From an uncultured Oscillospiraceae bacterium (GTDB taxonomy: Bacteria > Bacillota > Clostridia > Christensenellales > CAG-138), in contig CAYZAW010000005.1 of the NCBI GenBank assembly GCA_964476505.1, forward strand, positions 1,205 to 65,204: a DNA stretch of 64,000 bases, given 5' to 3'. The position numbers and the translations under genes are program-made. Below are positions 29,011 through 37,823 of the stretch, one piece after another (positions within the stretch are counted from its first letter, which is position 1; each line of letters begins with the position of its first letter). The notes beneath the pieces are model-generated. The model made no database searches. It saw only the letters and a list, made by a program, of their open reading frames with translations, and was not told where the DNA came from.

Positions 29011-29841
29011 TTAGTTGGTGATGGTAATTTGCCAGTCCGGCCCGAACGAGAGACCAAGCTTTTTCATGGCGTTGTCCTCCCGCAGAGCGAAGCCTATGCG
29101 TTGCAGCTCGTTGATGTACAACACCGGCATACCCTGCGCCGCCTCGCCAAAGGTGCTGCAAAGTCGCACCGTATCAGAAAAGACCGTTTGTTCCCCATGG
29201 GTTACGGCAACATGCACGTTTTGCCCCGCCGCCATGCCTGCCTGCCCCAACATATCTGCCGGAATGCTGCTCCACAGGTTGCCAAAGTTGGGGTCGGCAA
29301 TTTCAAAAATGCCGCTGAGCCTGCCGGGCGCCGCTTCCGCGCCGGGAATGGGGTGTTTAACGATAGTTTGCACCGCATACGCCGGGCCTACCCCCGCATA
29401 GTCGATCACGCCTGCCGCCAGCCGCGCCGCCGTATAAGCAAACACGTCCCGCCCGTGAAACACGCTGCTGCCGGTTTGAAGCTTATTCACCCGTTCGTCG
29501 ATCTCACGCACCTCGGCAATGCCGTGATACGCTGCCGCGTGGGTAAGTGTTCCGTTATCCGGTGTCACGATGTAATACTCGTCTGCTGTTTTGGCAACGC
29601 AGGCCTTGCGGGAGGTACCCACGCCCGGGTCTACCACAGAAACGAATATGGTACCCACAGGCCAAAAGCGCATGGTTTGATACAGCCGGTACGAGGCGCT
29701 CCATGTATCAAAATGCGGCAGCTCATGCGTGCCGGTAATGATCTCCAGCGCAGCGTCAACGCTTTTTACCACGCCGTACATGGCGCATACAGCACCCTCC
29801 TGATAGGTAAAATCGCTTTGAAATACAAGCAGTGGCTTCAT
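29011..29841 (-). CDS. SAM hydroxide adenosyltransferase / SAM hydrolase family protein (DUF62), copy 2 (divergent tandem paralogue)
   Basis: Carries LVFQSDFTYQEGAVCAMYGV..., VSVVDPGVGTSRK and YIVTPDNGTLTH. It lies 12 nt upstream of copy 1. Confidence 0.85.
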   Translation of the reverse strand: MKPLLVFQSDFTYQEGAVCAMYGVVKSVDAALEIITGTHELPHFDTWSASYRLYQTMRFWPVGTIFVSVVDPGVGTSRKACVAKTADEYYIVTPDNGTLTHAAAYHGIAEVREIDERVNKLQTGSSVFHGRDVFAYTAARLAAGVIDYAGVGPAYAVQTIVKHPIPGAEAAPGRLSGIFEIADPNFGNLWSSIPADMLGQAGMAAGQNVHVAVTHGEQTVFSDTVRLCSTFGEAAQGMPVLYINELQRIGFALREDNAMKKLGLSFGPDWQITITN

Positions 29842-29973
29842 ATTGCCCTCCGTCTTTTCAATAGGAATTATATAGTAGTTTTCCTTGTATTACAATATTT
29901 TACTTACGTGCCAACAAAACCGCCCCATGCAGGAAATGCGCCATCTTTTGGCGTACAATATAAAGGAGCTTTC

Positions 29974-30684
29974 ATGCGTGATTTACGCAAGCGCTATGCT
30001 CATGCAAAGGAGAACGCCATGCGGGTGCACAGGATTTATCACAGCGGATTTTTGTTGGAAACCGAAAAAAGCTATTATCTGTTTGACTATTACAAGGGCG
30101 CTCTGCCGGCCCTTTCCCCCGAAAAGCCCATCGTGGTGTTTTCCAGCCATGCGCATCAGGATCATTTTAACCCGGAGGTATTCCGTCTGCTGCGGCAGGC
30201 GGGTATGCGAGAGGTGTTTGCGGTGCTGGCAAAAGACATTCCCGAAAAAAAGCATCCGGCAAGCGTGCCCGTTCTAAAGGTATATGCCAACAAGCAATAT
30301 ACACTGCCCCACGGCGAGCCCTTGGAAACGCTGCTTTCCACAGACAGCGGCGTTGCATATATCCTAACCACCCCCAAAGGCGTTGTGTACCATGCTGGGG
30401 ATCTTAATGACTGGACGTGGGACGGCGAAAGTGAGCAAAGCAACCGGAACATGCGCGGACGCTACCGCCATGAGATCGATTTGATTCGCGGGCGCAGCTT
30501 TGACATTGCCTTTGTGCCCCTCGACCCTCGGCAGGAAGCCCATTATGCAGACGGCATGCTGTACTTTCTTTCCACGGTATCCGCAAAGCAAGTCTACCCC
30601 ATGCATTATTGGGAGCAGACCGCCGTGGTACAGCGGTTCCTCGCGGAGTATCCACAGTATCAAGACAGTATCGTGATCCCCTAA
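29974..30684 (+). CDS. MBL-fold metallo-hydrolase
   Basis: This is the C-terminal third of the 569-aa track ORF 28975..30684. The real start is probably ATG 29974, after AAAGGAG. It contains a SSHAHQDHF metal-binding motif. The upstream two-thirds of the track ORF is antisense to the DUF62 copy 2 gene. Confidence 0.7.
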   Translation: MRDLRKRYAHAKENAMRVHRIYHSGFLLETEKSYYLFDYYKGALPALSPEKPIVVFSSHAHQDHFNPEVFRLLRQAGMREVFAVLAKDIPEKKHPASVPVLKVYANKQYTLPHGEPLETLLSTDSGVAYILTTPKGVVYHAGDLNDWTWDGESEQSNRNMRGRYRHEIDLIRGRSFDIAFVPLDPRQEAHYADGMLYFLSTVSAKQVYPMHYWEQTAVVQRFLAEYPQYQDSIVIP

Positions 30685-31613
30685 AGCACAGGCTGTTCCC
30701 GCTCCTTGCGGTAAAATGACCGCACAAATTCTATAAACTGCCGAACCGCCGGAGTGCCCGGCAAAGCGGAGGATTGCTCCTTTACATACAGCAGGTATAG
30801 TTCCCGCGTAGCCGCCGCGTTATCCGGCAGGGCAAATTGCAGCAGGCGCTTTTCCGCCACAAAGTTCTGCACAGCCTTTTCCGAAACAATGGAAACGCCC
30901 AAGCCCCCTGCTACTAAATTCTTGATCGATTCCTGATCGTTTACCCGGGCGGCCACCGTGATATCCTCCTCCCGAACGGTATGCAGCGCCAAGTACCGGT
31001 CTGCGCTTTTCTGGCTACCGCTCCCCTTTTCGCGTAAGATCATGGGTTCCCGTAGCAGCGCGTCCAGCGGCGTTACCGCTTCTTTTTGCATGGCAAGAAA
31101 GCGCTCGTTTACCGGGGTAATCAGCACCATTCTGTCTCGGTAAAAGGGCTCGCAGGCCAATAGCTCGTCCTGATACTCCATGCCGATCATGCCAATATCG
31201 AACAGACCGCTTCGCATGCCGTCTATCACGCCTGCGCTGTCGCTTTGGTGCACGGTAAAATACGTGTCCGGGTGCAGCTTGCCGTATTTGGGCAGCACCT
31301 CCGGCAGGATATATGCGGAAGGAATGGTGGACGCGCCCAGATGAATCAGGTTTTTTGTTTCGTCCGCCCAGCGCCTTAACAGCTTGCTTTCCAGCTCCAG
31401 CATGTGCGCGGCGCAGGTGTACAACTCCCAGCCCTTGGGGGTAATCTCGATATTTTTTGTGTCTCGTAGGATCAATCTGGTATGCAGCTCCTCCTCCAAA
31501 GCGCGGATATGCGCGCTGACAGTGGGCTGCGAGGTATAGGTCGCTTCCGCCGCCTTGGTAAAGCTTTTTTGCTCCACCACGGCTGCAAAGGAGCGCAGCT
31601 GCTTCAATTCCAT
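30681..31613 (-). CDS. LysR-family transcriptional regulator (selenium-cluster associated)
   Basis: N-terminal HTH MELKQLRSFAAVVEQKSFTKAAEATYTSQPTVSAHIRALEEEL plus a LysR substrate-binding domain. Confidence 0.9.
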   Translation of the reverse strand: MELKQLRSFAAVVEQKSFTKAAEATYTSQPTVSAHIRALEEELHTRLILRDTKNIEITPKGWELYTCAAHMLELESKLLRRWADETKNLIHLGASTIPSAYILPEVLPKYGKLHPDTYFTVHQSDSAGVIDGMRSGLFDIGMIGMEYQDELLACEPFYRDRMVLITPVNERFLAMQKEAVTPLDALLREPMILREKGSGSQKSADRYLALHTVREEDITVAARVNDQESIKNLVAGGLGVSIVSEKAVQNFVAEKRLLQFALPDNAAATRELYLLYVKEQSSALPGTPAVRQFIEFVRSFYRKEREQPVL

Positions 31614-31617
31614 GTTG

Positions 31618-32781
31618 CTACCTCCCGCATGTCAGCGCGGCAAGCGCGGTTAGCGCCGTATCCACTTCTTCTTGTGTGTTCCACCAGCCAAAGGAGAACC
31701 GAATCGTGCCTGTGGGGTAGGTGCCCAGCGTTTTATGGGCGGCAGGCGCACAATGCAGCCCAACGCGGGTCATAACACCGTAGGCTTCATCCAACCGGTA
31801 GGCAACGTCCGCAACGTCCTGCCCGCATGTTGTAAGCGATACTACGCCTATTCGTCCATCACCGTTGGGTCTTCCGCAAACAGTGATGCGCCCGTCCTTT
31901 GCCATTGGGTCAAGACCTGCTAAAAAGCGTTCCGTAAGCAGGCGTTCGTGGGCACAGATGCGGTCTATGCCAGTATCCCGCAAAAATCCCAGCGATGCAT
32001 GCAGGCCCACAATACCCGGTAAATTCATGGTGCCCGGTTCAAACCTGTCCGGCATAAAGGCAGGCACATCCTCCCTGTGGCTGATGCTTCCTGTGCCGCC
32101 GGACAGCAACGGTTCTATTTTTTCTATCATATCCTCCTGCAAAATAAACCCGCCGATCCCCTGCGGCCCTAGCAACCCCTTATGCCCGGTAAACGCCAGC
32201 GCGTCGATATGCATTTGTTCCATATCGATGGGGCAAACGCCCGCCGTTTGGGCGCTGTCCACAATAAAGCGCAGGCCGTTCCTTTGGCAAAACGCGCCCA
32301 TTTCCAAAACGGGCAGCAGCGTTCCGCAAACATTGCTGGCGTGGGTCATAACAACTGCCTTGGTGTTTTTTTGCAGCAGCGGCAGCGCGTCCTCCACGCG
32401 CAGGCTGCCGTCCTCTCCGCAGGGAATACGGGATACGGATATGCCGTGCTTTTCCAGCTGCCCCAACGGACGCATCACCGCGTTATGCTCCATGGAGGTT
32501 GTGATCACGTGATCGCCCGGCTGTAAAAAGCCCTTGAGTATCACATTTAGGCTCTCCGTTACGTTTTTTGTAAACGCCACGCATTTTATTGCCGGGCCGT
32601 GGAACAACTCCGTTAGCATCTGCCGGGTTTCATACACGGTTTCTTCCACGCGGTATGCGTTTTTATATCCGCCCCGCTGGATGTTGCAACCAAGCTGCGT
32701 CATATATGCATACACCGCCTCCGCTACCGCCGGCGGTTTGGGAAATGATGTGCTTCCGTTATCAAAATAAATAGCTTTCAT
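31618..32781 (-). CDS. Class V aminotransferase-fold cysteine desulfurase / selenocysteine lyase-like protein
   Basis: PLP-lysine context FTGHKGLLGPQG, catalytic Cys loop GLHCAPAAHKTLG, and location in the selD cluster. Confidence 0.8.
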   Translation of the reverse strand: MKAIYFDNGSTSFPKPPAVAEAVYAYMTQLGCNIQRGGYKNAYRVEETVYETRQMLTELFHGPAIKCVAFTKNVTESLNVILKGFLQPGDHVITTSMEHNAVMRPLGQLEKHGISVSRIPCGEDGSLRVEDALPLLQKNTKAVVMTHASNVCGTLLPVLEMGAFCQRNGLRFIVDSAQTAGVCPIDMEQMHIDALAFTGHKGLLGPQGIGGFILQEDMIEKIEPLLSGGTGSISHREDVPAFMPDRFEPGTMNLPGIVGLHASLGFLRDTGIDRICAHERLLTERFLAGLDPMAKDGRITVCGRPNGDGRIGVVSLTTCGQDVADVAYRLDEAYGVMTRVGLHCAPAAHKTLGTYPTGTIRFSFGWWNTQEEVDTALTALAALTCGR

Positions 32782-32927
32782 GGATTAGCTCCTTCCTGTT
32801 ACTATGATTATAGCAGTATTTATTTGTATTTTAAATAAGTGATGTAAATATATCGATAAATACGATTGGCATACCGCGCGCCTGCAATGCTATGATGCTT
32901 GTATCCACGATAAGGAGTTGTTGTATT

Positions 32928-34016
32928 ATGAAGCAAAAGAAGGAACTCACCGGTATTGTGATTGCCGGGCTGGTCATCGGCGTGATATCCTCCCTGCTGG
33001 TATTGTTTGGTAACCCGCAAAACATGGGCTTTTGTATAGCCTGCTTCCTCAGAGATACCGCAGGCGCACTGGGGCTGCATGAAGCCGCCGCCGTGCAGTA
33101 TGTACGCCCGGAGATCATCGGCTTGGTGCTTGGCAGCTTTATCATGGCGCTGGTAAAAAAAGAATTCGCCCCGCGCGGCGGCAGCGCCCCTGTTACCAGG
33201 TTCGTACTGGGCTTTTGCGTGATGATCGGCTGCCTGATGTTCTTAGGCTGCCCCTTCCGTATGATTTTACGTCTTGCGGGCGGCGACCTGAACGCGCTAT
33301 TGGGCCTTGCCGGGTTCGTTGGCGGTATCCTTGCAGGCGTATTCTTCCTGAACAAGGGATACTCCCTGCAGCGCACCTATCGCCTGCCCCCGCTGGAAGG
33401 CGCTGCCTTCCCCGTGATGCAGGTGTGTCTGCTGTTGGTGCTGATAGCTTCCCCTGTGCTTTTGCACTTTACCGAAGCGGGCGGCGGCCCCGGTGCAAAG
33501 CATGCCGCCGTTCTCATCAGCCTTGCGGCGGGCTTGATCGTGGGAGCGCTTGCGCAGCGTACCCGTCTTTGCATGGTAGGCGGTATTCGCGATTTGGTAT
33601 TGTTTAAGGAATACAAGCTGCTTTTAGGCTTCATTGCCATACTCGTTAGCGCCCTGGTGTGCAACCTTGCGCTTTCCGGCATCACGGGCGTAAGCTATTT
33701 CAAGCTTTCCTTTGCGGAGCAGCCCGTTGCACATACGGACGGGCTCTGGAACTTCCTCGGCATGCTGTTGGTAGGCTTTGGCTGTGTGCTCTTAGGCGGC
33801 TGCCCGCTTCGGCAGCTGGTACTTGCCGGCGAGGGTAATTCCGACAGTGCCATTACCGTTCTGGGCCTCATCGCCGGTGCGGCGTTTGCGCATAACTTTG
33901 GCCTTGCCTCCAGCGCCAAAGGGCCTACGGATGCGGGCAAGCTCGCCGTGCTTTTAGGCATTGCCATCGTTGCGATCATCGCCTGCTGCAATACGTTTAA
34001 GAAAAACAAAGCGTAA
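32928..34016 (+). CDS. yedE: YedE-family putative selenium/sulfur-compound transporter
   Basis: ORF 32892..34016; the start MKQKKELTG at 32928 follows AAGGAG. It is a polytopic protein with two conserved Cys-containing loops (GFCIACF, LGGCPLRQL), typical of YedE/YeeE. Confidence 0.8.
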   Translation: MKQKKELTGIVIAGLVIGVISSLLVLFGNPQNMGFCIACFLRDTAGALGLHEAAAVQYVRPEIIGLVLGSFIMALVKKEFAPRGGSAPVTRFVLGFCVMIGCLMFLGCPFRMILRLAGGDLNALLGLAGFVGGILAGVFFLNKGYSLQRTYRLPPLEGAAFPVMQVCLLLVLIASPVLLHFTEAGGGPGAKHAAVLISLAAGLIVGALAQRTRLCMVGGIRDLVLFKEYKLLLGFIAILVSALVCNLALSGITGVSYFKLSFAEQPVAHTDGLWNFLGMLLVGFGCVLLGGCPLRQLVLAGEGNSDSAITVLGLIAGAAFAHNFGLASSAKGPTDAGKLAVLLGIAIVAIIACCNTFKKNKA

Positions 34017-34044
34017 TTGTTATAGGGCTCCGCCCCAAACCCCG

Positions 34045-34152
34045 GTAGGGGATACATCCCCTACGACCCCATTTACCGCCCATAATTATGGGCGGTTGGA
34101 AGGGTTTCCAAGGGGCAATGCCCCTTGGTAGGGGTATGGGGACAACGTCCCC
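34045..34152 (+). repeat. Cluster of four consecutive GC-rich stem-loops in the yedE-yedF intergenic region
   Basis: The four are 34045-34064 GTAGGGGA-TACA-TCCCCTAC; 34076-34095 CCGCCCATAATTATGGGCGG; 34108-34128 CCAAGGGGC-AAT-GCCCCTTGG; and 34138-34152 GGGGAC-AAC-GTCCCC. GGTAGGGG occurs twice. Confidence 0.7.
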
Positions 34153-34196
34153 ATCGTTCAAATATTACTTTTAATATAGGAGTAAAGGAGAAAACT

Positions 34197-34403
34197 ATGA
34201 ATCAGCTGGATGCAAGAGGGCTGTCCTGCCCGGAACCCGTGGTCATGATTCGCCATGCCATGCAGACGAAAGAAGCCCAATATGCTATGATAGTAGACAA
34301 CGTGACCGCCAAGGAAAACGTAACGCGCTACGCGGAGCATCAGGGGTATCAGGTAAGCGTTGCAGAGCAGGACGGAGAGTTTACGCTGACCATCACGAAA
34401 TAA
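34197..34403 (+). CDS. yedF: TusA/SirA/YedF-like sulfur(selenium)transferase
   Basis: ORF 34125..34403; the real start is ATG 34197, after AAAGGAG. It carries the active-site CPEP motif (LDARGLSCPEPVV). Confidence 0.8.
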   Translation: MNQLDARGLSCPEPVVMIRHAMQTKEAQYAMIVDNVTAKENVTRYAEHQGYQVSVAEQDGEFTLTITK

Positions 34404-34410
34404 GGAGCAT

Positions 34411-34656
34411 ATGGAATACATCGCCACATTCTACTCGCACTTTGGCGCAATCGAATATCACCGGCTTTGCGTTGAGAACAGCTGGCCGTCAAAAATCATG
34501 CCCGTGCCGCGAAGCTTGAGCAGCAGCTGTGGCAGCTGTGTGCGCTACGAGGGTGATACGCTTTGCCCGGCGGATACTGTGCCGGAGGCTGTGGAGCAGA
34601 TCGTACAGGTAACGGCAGACGGGTATTTACCTCTGTACCGGGCGAAGAATGCATAA
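34411..34656 (+). CDS. DUF3343-family protein (putative Se/S carrier-like)
   Basis: An 81-aa protein in the conserved position between the yedF-like gene and selD, with the MEYIATFYSHFGAIEYHRL...P.P N-terminal pattern of DUF3343. Confidence 0.6.
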   Translation: MEYIATFYSHFGAIEYHRLCVENSWPSKIMPVPRSLSSSCGSCVRYEGDTLCPADTVPEAVEQIVQVTADGYLPLYRAKNA

Positions 34657-34667
34657 GGAGGCGGACG

Positions 34668-35705
34668 ATGGAAACAGACGTAAAACTGACCAAGCTGGCT
34701 AAATGCGCGGGCTGCGGCGCTAAGGTAGGCGCAGGCACGCTTGCAAAAATGCTGGAAGGGTTTCAAACGCACACCGACCCGCGTCTGATCGTAGGCTACG
34801 ACAAAAGTGACGATGCCAGTGTGTATGTGATAAACGACAGCACCGCTCTTGTGCAAACCACGGATTTCTTCCCGCCTATTGTGGACGATCCCTTTATGTA
34901 CGGGCAGATCGCCGCGGCAAACGCCATGAGCGACGTATACGCCATGGGCGGCGAACCCAAGCTGGCGTTAAATATCATGTGCATGCCGGAAAGCATGCCG
35001 CAGGAAGCCGTGCGGGAGATATTGCGCGGCGGATATGATAAAGCCTATGAAGCGGGCGCTATCATCACCGGTGGGCACACCATACAGGGTGCCGAGCCCA
35101 TTTACGGGCTTGCGGTGTCCGGCTTTGTACACCCGAAAAAGGTGTTGACCAACAGCGGCGCAAAGCCGGGAGACGTACTGCTGTTAACAAAGCCCCTTGG
35201 CATTGGGATACTCACCACCGCGCATAAAGCGGGGATGGCCGAGGATGCCGTCATGACCCGTATATTTACGCAAATGACGGCGCTCAACAAAACCGCCCGG
35301 GATATCATGGTACGGTACCCTGTGCACAGCTGTACGGACGTGACCGGCTTTTCCCTGCTAGGCCACAGCTTTGAAATGGCGCAGGGAAGCGGCTGTACCA
35401 TCCACATTACGGCGGATACGGTGCCCTATCACCCGGAGGCCTACGAGCTTGCGGAAATGGGCTTTGTCCCGGCTGGCGCGTACCGCAACCGCAGCTTTAC
35501 GGAATGCGGCACAAAAGCCGCGCCCAACGTTACCCGCGCCATGCAGGATATTTTATACGACCCCCAAACCAGCGGCGGCTTACTGATCGCCCTGCCGGAA
35601 AGCGTTGCCTCCGCCTGCCTCAAGGAATTACAAGAGGCATTGCCGCAGGCAGCACAGGTAGGCTTTGTGACCGCCCGCGAGGATTGCGTGCTTTCGTTGG
35701 AATAA
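34668..35705 (+). CDS. selD: Selenide, water dikinase (selenophosphate synthetase), Cys form
   Basis: ORF 34563..35705; the start is METDVKLTKL at 34668, after AAGGAGG. It has the N-terminal glycine-rich catalytic loop KCAGCGAKVG and an AIR-synthase-like fold (DDASVY, GGHTI). There is no in-frame TGA. Confidence 0.9.
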   Translation: METDVKLTKLAKCAGCGAKVGAGTLAKMLEGFQTHTDPRLIVGYDKSDDASVYVINDSTALVQTTDFFPPIVDDPFMYGQIAAANAMSDVYAMGGEPKLALNIMCMPESMPQEAVREILRGGYDKAYEAGAIITGGHTIQGAEPIYGLAVSGFVHPKKVLTNSGAKPGDVLLLTKPLGIGILTTAHKAGMAEDAVMTRIFTQMTALNKTARDIMVRYPVHSCTDVTGFSLLGHSFEMAQGSGCTIHITADTVPYHPEAYELAEMGFVPAGAYRNRSFTECGTKAAPNVTRAMQDILYDPQTSGGLLIALPESVASACLKELQEALPQAAQVGFVTAREDCVLSLE

Positions 35706-35725
35706 ACAAACGGTTCCCACATAAA

Positions 35726-35753
35726 ATGCCCCGCTGATTTTCTCAGCAGGGCA
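35726..35753. terminator. Bidirectional terminator hairpin between selD and the convergent flavin-reductase-like gene
   Basis: ATGCCCCGCTGA-TTTTC-TCAGCAGGGCAT (one mismatch), followed by TGTTTGTTTTTG. Confidence 0.65.
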
Positions 35754-35768
35754 TTGTTTGTTTTTGTG

Positions 35769-36290
35769 TTAACTGCGGTACGCCGCGAGTATCTCCGCAA
35801 AGTACACGGTATGCGGGTCGCCGTTATCGCCGTTTTCATTGTCCATGTTGTAGAATCTGCTTCTGCACGCCTCGTCCAGCTCCGGCAAGTGCCCGTCCAT
35901 TTCCAGCTTTAATAAGGTTTTGCACTCAAACTGAATGGCGCACCCGGCGATTCCGTCTACACCGCCGGTTTTGCTTGGAAGCACCTGCATATGCAGTGAC
36001 GTGCGCTTATTAACGTCTCTTCCCGATTTGCTGCCGCAAAACGCCAATTCCTGCTTCATTGTTCCTTCCGCCGGAACCGACACGGTAAACCGCCCGTTTT
36101 CGATCAATTCATGGGAATAGCGGCTTTGCCGCACAAACACGGTGCATACGGGCTTGTTCCAAAGCCTGCCCCACTGACACCAGCCGATGGTCATGGGGTT
36201 CGCCTCGCTGCCCGTTACCAAAAACGCGCCGCCTTGTTCCATTTGTTTTGCCGCCGCCTCGATCAGCGTTTCGTACGGTTGGTTTTCCAT
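35769..36290 (-). CDS. Flavin reductase-like (FMN-binding split-barrel) family protein
   Basis: ORF 35769..36362. The start MENQPYE at 36290 follows GGAGGA, which avoids overlap with the upstream peptidase gene. The sequence pattern resembles flavin reductase domain proteins. Confidence 0.55.
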   Translation of the reverse strand: MENQPYETLIEAAAKQMEQGGAFLVTGSEANPMTIGWCQWGRLWNKPVCTVFVRQSRYSHELIENGRFTVSVPAEGTMKQELAFCGSKSGRDVNKRTSLHMQVLPSKTGGVDGIAGCAIQFECKTLLKLEMDGHLPELDEACRSRFYNMDNENGDNGDPHTVYFAEILAAYRS

Positions 36291-36300
36291 GTATTCCTCC

Positions 36301-37587
36301 TTACTGGGCGTCTGCCCCCGCATCCTGCGCATCGCCTTCTCCTTCCGTTTGCTGTACAGCATCCTCCCGTTCGTCCGCCTGCGCGCGAACCTCGTCTAGC
36401 GCCGCCCAAAGCTGCGCATCGTCGTCCTGATTGATTTCCTCTACCGCCATATTTTTCATATCGTCGGATAGATCGATGTCGATATCCGGCTGCACGCCCG
36501 TACCCTCCACGCTGTTTCCCTTAGGCGTTAAATAGGCGGCGGTCGTCAGCTTTACCCAGCCCTTGTTGGATTGCAGCTGCATGGTGGTTTGCACAACACC
36601 CTTGCCGAAGGTGGTGACCCCCACGATCAAACCCGCCTCGTTCTCCTGTATGGCCGCTGCTACGATCTCGCTGGCGGAGGCGGAATGCTCGTTGACCAAT
36701 ATCGCCATGGGTACGCTTACGCATTTTACATCGGAATTGTAGACCTTTTCCGTTCCGTCCTTAGACACGATGGTAACGATTTTGCCCTCGCCCAGCAGCA
36801 GGTCTGCAACCGCGGCGGCACTTTCCAGTTCACCGCCCGGATTGTTCCTGATATCCACTACCAGGCAGCGCATGCCGCGATCCGTTAGATCCCGCAGCGC
36901 CTCCGCAAATTCCTCCACGCTGGCGCTTGTAAACATATCCAGCCGAATATAGCCGGTGCGCTGGTTGAACAGCTTATGATCCACCCGGGAGATGATGCCC
37001 TTTTGCCGCAGCATCTTCACCTGTATAGGTGTTTCCCCCCGCAGCACGCTCACCGTGACCTCGGTATCCGTATCGCCCTCCAAAAGCCTGTTGATATCAG
37101 AAAGAGAAAGGCCGGAAAGGGGCTCACCCTCTACGGCCACAATCATGTCCCCTACTTTGATACCGGCAGTTTCTGCAGAACTGCCGCTGTATACCTTGAG
37201 TACCGTAGCTCCTCCGCCGTCCTCCGGCTGACCTATCATCATACCCACGCCGCTGTACTTGCCGTCCAGCTCACGAAGGTAATCCAAGTATTCTTCTTCC
37301 GTGTAATACTGGGCATAAGGATCGCCGGAGGCCTCCAGCATTCCCTTGAGCGCGCCTGTCAAAAGGTCATCCTCGGTAACGCTCTGGGCGTACTGATCCT
37401 CTTGTATTTTCTCCGATAATTCCTCCAATGGCGCCATTTTGATCAGCGACTGATACTCCTCGTTGGAAATCACCACCCGATCCCCCCGCTGGCTGTTCAC
37501 CACGCGCAGGGTAACGCCTACGGCAATGCCCGCCGTAATGATCACGGCGGCTAAAAAATATAGTATTGTCCTGACCGAGGACTTCAT
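36301..37587 (-). CDS. S41-family C-terminal processing peptidase (N-terminal TM anchor, PDZ, acidic C-terminal tail)
   Basis: PDZ segment (GDMIVAVEGEPL), S41 catalytic regions (HSASASEIVAAA ... TFGKGVVQT) and a tail rich in D/E/Q/A. Confidence 0.85.
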   Translation of the reverse strand: MKSSVRTILYFLAAVIITAGIAVGVTLRVVNSQRGDRVVISNEEYQSLIKMAPLEELSEKIQEDQYAQSVTEDDLLTGALKGMLEASGDPYAQYYTEEEYLDYLRELDGKYSGVGMMIGQPEDGGGATVLKVYSGSSAETAGIKVGDMIVAVEGEPLSGLSLSDINRLLEGDTDTEVTVSVLRGETPIQVKMLRQKGIISRVDHKLFNQRTGYIRLDMFTSASVEEFAEALRDLTDRGMRCLVVDIRNNPGGELESAAAVADLLLGEGKIVTIVSKDGTEKVYNSDVKCVSVPMAILVNEHSASASEIVAAAIQENEAGLIVGVTTFGKGVVQTTMQLQSNKGWVKLTTAAYLTPKGNSVEGTGVQPDIDIDLSDDMKNMAVEEINQDDDAQLWAALDEVRAQADEREDAVQQTEGEGDAQDAGADAQ

Positions 37588-37743
37588 ACATTACCTCCAA
37601 CACAGGCTGCGCACCATCAGCGCACCCGCATAACACAAAGTCAATTTTACCAGCTTTCGCACAACACGTCAAATGCGCATGGTGTGGAATCCTCTCATCC
37701 TATGGCGCAACACTGATTATATGATTTGTTTTAGGAAAAACGG

Positions 37744-37771
37744 TTGACATCCTTCGCATATCTCTTATAAT
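37744..37771 (+). promoter_or_regulatory. Sigma-70/SigA-type promoter
   Basis: TTGACA (37744-37749), a 16-nt spacer, then a perfect TATAAT (37766-37771). Confidence 0.7.
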
Positions 37772-37823
37772 AGAGCCTAACGTATGCATTGCATACATGT
37801 ATACAATCTTTATGGAGGGCATT

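Noticed and set aside
28975-29970. The N-terminal two-thirds of the 569-aa + strand ORF 28975..30684
   Set aside because: This part is antisense to the well-supported DUF62 copy 2 gene and has no recognisable domain. Only the last ~236 codons (from ATG 29974, with an RBS) look like a real MBL-fold protein.
34668-35705. Possible selenocysteine (TGA) recoding in selD or neighbouring genes
   Set aside because: The selD catalytic loop reads KCAGCGAK with an ordinary Cys codon. None of the cluster ORFs needs read-through of TGA to reach full length.
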